The notes beneath the pieces are model-generated. The model worked only from the letters and a program-made list of their open reading frames with translations. It was not told the origin of the DNA and did no database searches. A DNA stretch of 54,186 nucleotides, the filler included, from Sphacelaria rigidula (Eukaryota): assembly GCA_964200075.2 (NCBI GenBank). It is 4 parts of 4 records of this genome, joined end to end, with 100 filler letters (N's around TTAATTAATTAA, not from the genome) between each part and the next. Parts side by side here need not be neighbours in the genome. Positions count along the whole stretch, not along the records: positions 40,716 to 54,186 come from CAXNAA020002863.1; 3 more parts are not named here. One strand, 5' to 3'. The position numbers and the translations under genes are program-made. Positions 50,065-54,186 of the stretch are shown in pieces. Positions within the stretch are counted from its first letter, which is position 1, and each line of letters opens with the position of its first letter.

Positions 50065-50275
50065 TGTGTGTGTCGTCGTCCCCTCTATTCTGGACGCCGG
50101 TTTACACCTTTCGGTATATATGGGCGCATCAGCCGGGGTCACACAGGAGGAGGGTCAACACAGGAGCTGTTTGTTTTTTTGTTTGTTTTTAGTACTCCAC
50201 CTGCCTTCTGCGGTGCTTGCCTTTATTTTTTTTCGCGAGAGGGGTTCATCAGTCTCTTTCCCTCGTCGACCGTGC
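50065..50275 (-). mobile_element. 3' portion of the SINE
   Basis: Shared SINE body (GGGCGCATCAGCCGGGGTCACACAGGAGG...CCTCGTCGACCGTG). Confidence 0.75.
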
Positions 50276-50379
50276 AGGCTGGGCCAGCAAAGAGTGCCGC
50301 ATTTGCATCTCCAACCATAACTCCTCAAGTGTACCAAATCAGGTCGACTTAAGCATATCGCTGTGAACTGCAGACCAAG

Positions 50380-50770
50380 TTGCGTGCACGCTCATGGACA
50401 GTGCAGCAGGCAGTACAAAGCTGCACGCTGGTGAAAGAAGTCCATTTCACGTCGTATTGTAAGCAGAGAAAATTAATACTGTAGTCCTGGGCAGTCTGCA
50501 CTGCACGTTGCCCGCTTCTCCTTTATATCCTCCTGCACTAAACACGCACACACGCACTTATGACACCCTGCTTGCAAGCAGTGCAGACAGTACAGGCTGT
50601 CTGTACTGTACACGAATGACCATGTACCGTTTCACGATTTTCATTGTCTTTCTTCGATCGAAAGCTTTAAAATCCATCCGGATTCAGCTCCATCAAAACG
50701 AGAAATTTTCGCTCGAATCAATTCCACCGCCATATTTTTTCGATCGAAAAGAAAAGTGCTGAGACAGGCT
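50380..50770 (-). mobile_element. Partial ~700-bp dispersed repeat copy
   Basis: Reverse complement of ~44430-44810. Confidence 0.8.
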
Positions 50771-50834
50771 CTGAAAATACTTTTTTCGCACAGAGGAAGG
50801 CTAACTCAGGAGTTTTTTCTCATTATTTTGTGAG

Positions 50835-51063
50835 CACCCCACCTTCCTTCTGCGGTGCTTGCCTTTTTTTTTACCGAGAGAAGGGTTCAGCGGTCCCTTC
50901 CCTCGTCGACCGTGAAGTCGAACTGTGTGTACTCACGACATAGTCGCTCTCCACTGTTGGGCATGGTATGAGAGAAAATCCCAGGTCTTCCCGAGATTTG
51001 AACCCACGTCTCAACCGTCAGAAGGTTTCGAGGTTACCATCTGAGCCACCGGGGCGACCGGCT
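50835..51063 (-). mobile_element. 5' portion of the tRNA-derived SINE
   Basis: On -: AGCCGGTCGCCCCGGTGGCTCAGATGG...GTGGGTTCAAATCTCGG, i.e. A and B boxes. Confidence 0.8.
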
Positions 51064-51599
51064 ACTGCTGTGTGTTCCTCAATGCTGTCACCCCTGTGAA
51101 GCTTTTATATCGGCACCCGGCAGTTTTGTATGTTCTGTAAGTCCATCACACCCCTGGTCGACAACGACACCCCCGTGGGTGGATCGAGTTCGACGACGCA
51201 ACATTTGAGATTTAGAACCGCTCTTCTCTCGCTTCGCAAGATACTTTTCATGAACACGTCAAATTTTTTCATATATATGGGAATTATCCCGGAAAACCGG
51301 TAACTGAGTTTGACCCTGCAGCTAATTGCTTGGAGAGCCGGTATGTATGTGCGCTGTTTTCACTGGGATCAACGGCAAGACGCAGCTTATCGTGCCATCG
51401 CTCCGCACTGAAACAAAAATTCCGGCGTGCAGCCATCAGTGCTGTCAACAAGCTGTGTGTTTTGTCGTCCGACGTATGGTTCAAACGAACCTACACCTTG
51501 TCGGCATGATATGGCAAAACAAGAAAATCGCGTCTTCGCCGGGGCGATTGGCTCCTGCTGTCTTTTGTTCAGTCCTTTCAAGCGTGTAAAACTATCAAA

Positions 51600-52650
51600 C
51601 CGGTACCCAGAAACTGTGTAAGAACTTTCTTAACTTTACTCGCCAATTTGTTATTTTCTGAAACTGTCCCATACCCCAGGTCGACGATTCTGCAGTGTCT
51701 GTAAGCCTTCCGTAATCCCAGCCCGGATTAGACATATATACCCTTGTGCGTACATGCGATGCAGGCAGAGTGCGGGTATTACCCGGGAGGGGTGAAGATT
51801 TAAACTCAATCCCTACCTTTGTTCTGAAAACTCGCACTTGTTCCCCAACCTCCATCCATCTAACACCCCTTGATATTCAACTCCGTACACCCTTCAACAT
51901 GTTTTTTCCTGTTTGGGGAACAGACGGGTTACAGGGTACGAGTTGAAAGGGAAAGCGAAACATGATAATCAACAGGTATCAGACCGACTGGGGGACCTTC
52001 ATCTGCGCCGCCATCGGTATCAATTTCCAGGGCATCGGTCTATGGTGTACAACCTTGTTTTGTATGGGGGTCGGTTTGTTGCATACACGGGGTATCTTTA
52101 CAGATATTATCCCTATACGACAGCTCGGTGACTTCTGGAAAACTTCCATCCCCGTAACCGACAGTTCTGTAGCTTCTCTTGGACTGTGGTTGGCCTACCC
52201 GATTTCTCTAGGGAATTATGTAAGGCTTTCATTGCCCAACTTGATAGCTCTATGACTTCAGTGTCACTTACACACCCCTACTCGACAGATCTTCGACTTC
52301 AGTAACGCTTTCCTAATCCCTCGACAGTTCTGTGACTGGTCGAAGACTGTCCTACCGGTCCACGACAGTTGCGTGACTATTGTGATCCACCATACCCTTC
52401 CAAGATAGTTCTGTTCTTCCTGTTAACACGGTTTTACCCTACACCCCTGTACAAATATCCGGGTGCATGTTCCATTTTCTACGCAATCCTTTTTCATCAC
52501 CAGACCACCAGTGGATTCTCTGTAAGCCTCCTATCCCTACCCGACAAGTTCCGTGGCCTCCGAGCGATTTTTTATCGGTACTCCCTACTTCAGTATGATC
52601 CACGAAAACTCTCGTACCCTACCCAATGCACCTTGACGCTACAAAAACTC
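51600..52650. repeat. Degenerate repetitive tract (CTGTAAG..TTC / CCCTACCC / GACAGTTCTGT motifs), probably an old TE subterminal region
   Basis: Short motifs recur at irregular spacing, with no credible ORF. Confidence 0.4.
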
Positions 52651-54186
52651 AAATTCATTCTCGGGGCTGTGAACAATCAGCTCTGTTCACTTCCGTCAAC
52701 ACTTGCCGCGCCAGTTGCCACTCCATCCACTTTTTCCAGCTAATCGCCCCTCCCGGCTGGTAAGGGGTCCCGCTCAGGAGCGTCGCCCAAGTCAGTAATT
52801 TTTCCCGTGTTTAACTTTTTTTTCCTGCGGTAACCGTAATTGGTTGTGAATAATGTAACCACTCACTGCGAGCTGATACGAGCCTCGTACTGCTCTGACA
52901 TGTCTTCGGTATGGAGTAGCGATTCGAACATCATTTCTCTACACCATCCAGCAGCAGACCCTCTTCTTGGGAACCTGGAGATCGGAACAAACATGACAAT
53001 ACACTCCTACATGCTAGACTTGCTTGTACAGAATGCCACACTTACGTGGAGGCCGTGGTTTCCTCAGTGCAGGTTCATCGAGAAGTATCCTGATAACCAA
53101 AGGCAACTTCTTATCCCACTTCCTCCCTGTTCAACCTACTTGACATCGTTGCTTTCAACACCCGTTCGTCGCGCATTCGCTCACAGTACAACCATCTTTC
53201 CTTTCGTACTATTTTCTCGCTGAACTTTCCGCAACCGTCGCTTCGTCCTCCTCCCAACTCGTTCGGCATTGACAGGTGCTCCACCTGCAACACCCACATC
53301 TCTGTCTCGCAGGATACAAAACCAGTCCCGAAGGGCTCCAGAAAACAGCTGTCCTTCCTCTGCTTAGCGTGTGGCGGCGAGATCGGGGTCAGCACCCCGT
53401 ACCACCGCATGTCCGATCCTAACGGCGGTAAAGACAGGGTATACGCCCACGCGGACGGCCGCGCGTGTAAAAACCCTCGTGAAAGCGGCCGAGGAGTGCA
53501 CTCATCCGTGTCACGAGTGTACAGCAGCTCTGTCCCCAAAAATACTCTATGATCTCTCGGCGGGGGATGGCGAACCAGCTTTCATAAGGTATGACCTCTG
53601 TTTCTACGACACACGTTCCACGCTCCTGTCTGATTTCCAACGGCATTTGTTGAAGGAGAAAGCGTTATATGCGTCAAGAAACGACGATTCGACATTGCGC
53701 AAAGCACCGCGGGTCAGTCATAACTCCCTGTCTCCTCCCGGAAACCAACCCGTCACTCCACCAACTGAGATTTCTCCTCCCCTCGAAAAGAAGAAAAACA
53801 GTACGACCCGACAAGGTAGCCGACCCACGGCCACCGGGAGCGGAGCTGGAAGCTAAACCGCCGCTGACGGTAAGTACCACAAGTGGCCATTCCTTGTCCC
53901 TGTTCAACTCCCTCTCAACTATGTGTAGTCTTATTTTCATCCTGCCCTCTCACACCTTCAATGATTGCTCTCGTCGGTACCAGACTTTTCTTTCTTTCTT
54001 TTTTCCAACATGCCTCAGTGCAATCTTCAGCCTGCACGCTTGTTCACGTCTCTTCGTTCCTTTACCTTCCCCTTGTCTGCCCTCTTGATACCGTGCTGCG
54101 TTCCAAAACCAGATGTCTACACTCGGGACGTGACGAACTTCGTCAGATCCGACATCATCCACGTCAGCTTCCGTCAGTCTCTGTGA

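Overview
Repeat-rich eukaryotic nuclear DNA, most likely a brown alga (Ectocarpales-like). That is inferred from an EsV-1-7 repeat gene, many short GT-AG exons and RTE/Copia remnants. Three 100-bp N gaps carry a TTAATTAATTAA scaffolding linker. Best-supported genes: (1) a spliced TAF11 (TAFII28) histone-fold gene on + (core exons 44211-44327, 46579-46714, 46954-47162); (2) an intronless, frameshifted EsV-1-7 Cys/His-repeat gene on - (~18410-20910, about 15 repeats of 37-38 aa); (3) scattered exons of a large gene or pseudogene with a type II thioesterase-like domain whose GxSxG motif reads GREVG; (4) an intronless unknown gene (~37000-38225) built from two tandem ~114-aa CxxC domains. In gene 4 the central 336 bp has been inverted, which creates two adjacent long hairpins. 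Other content: a tRNA-derived SINE family, a split RTE LINE, a Copia fragment, foldback elements, a ~67-bp mini-element with flanking direct repeats, and several dispersed repeats. All calls come from reading the sequence by eye; no searches were run.
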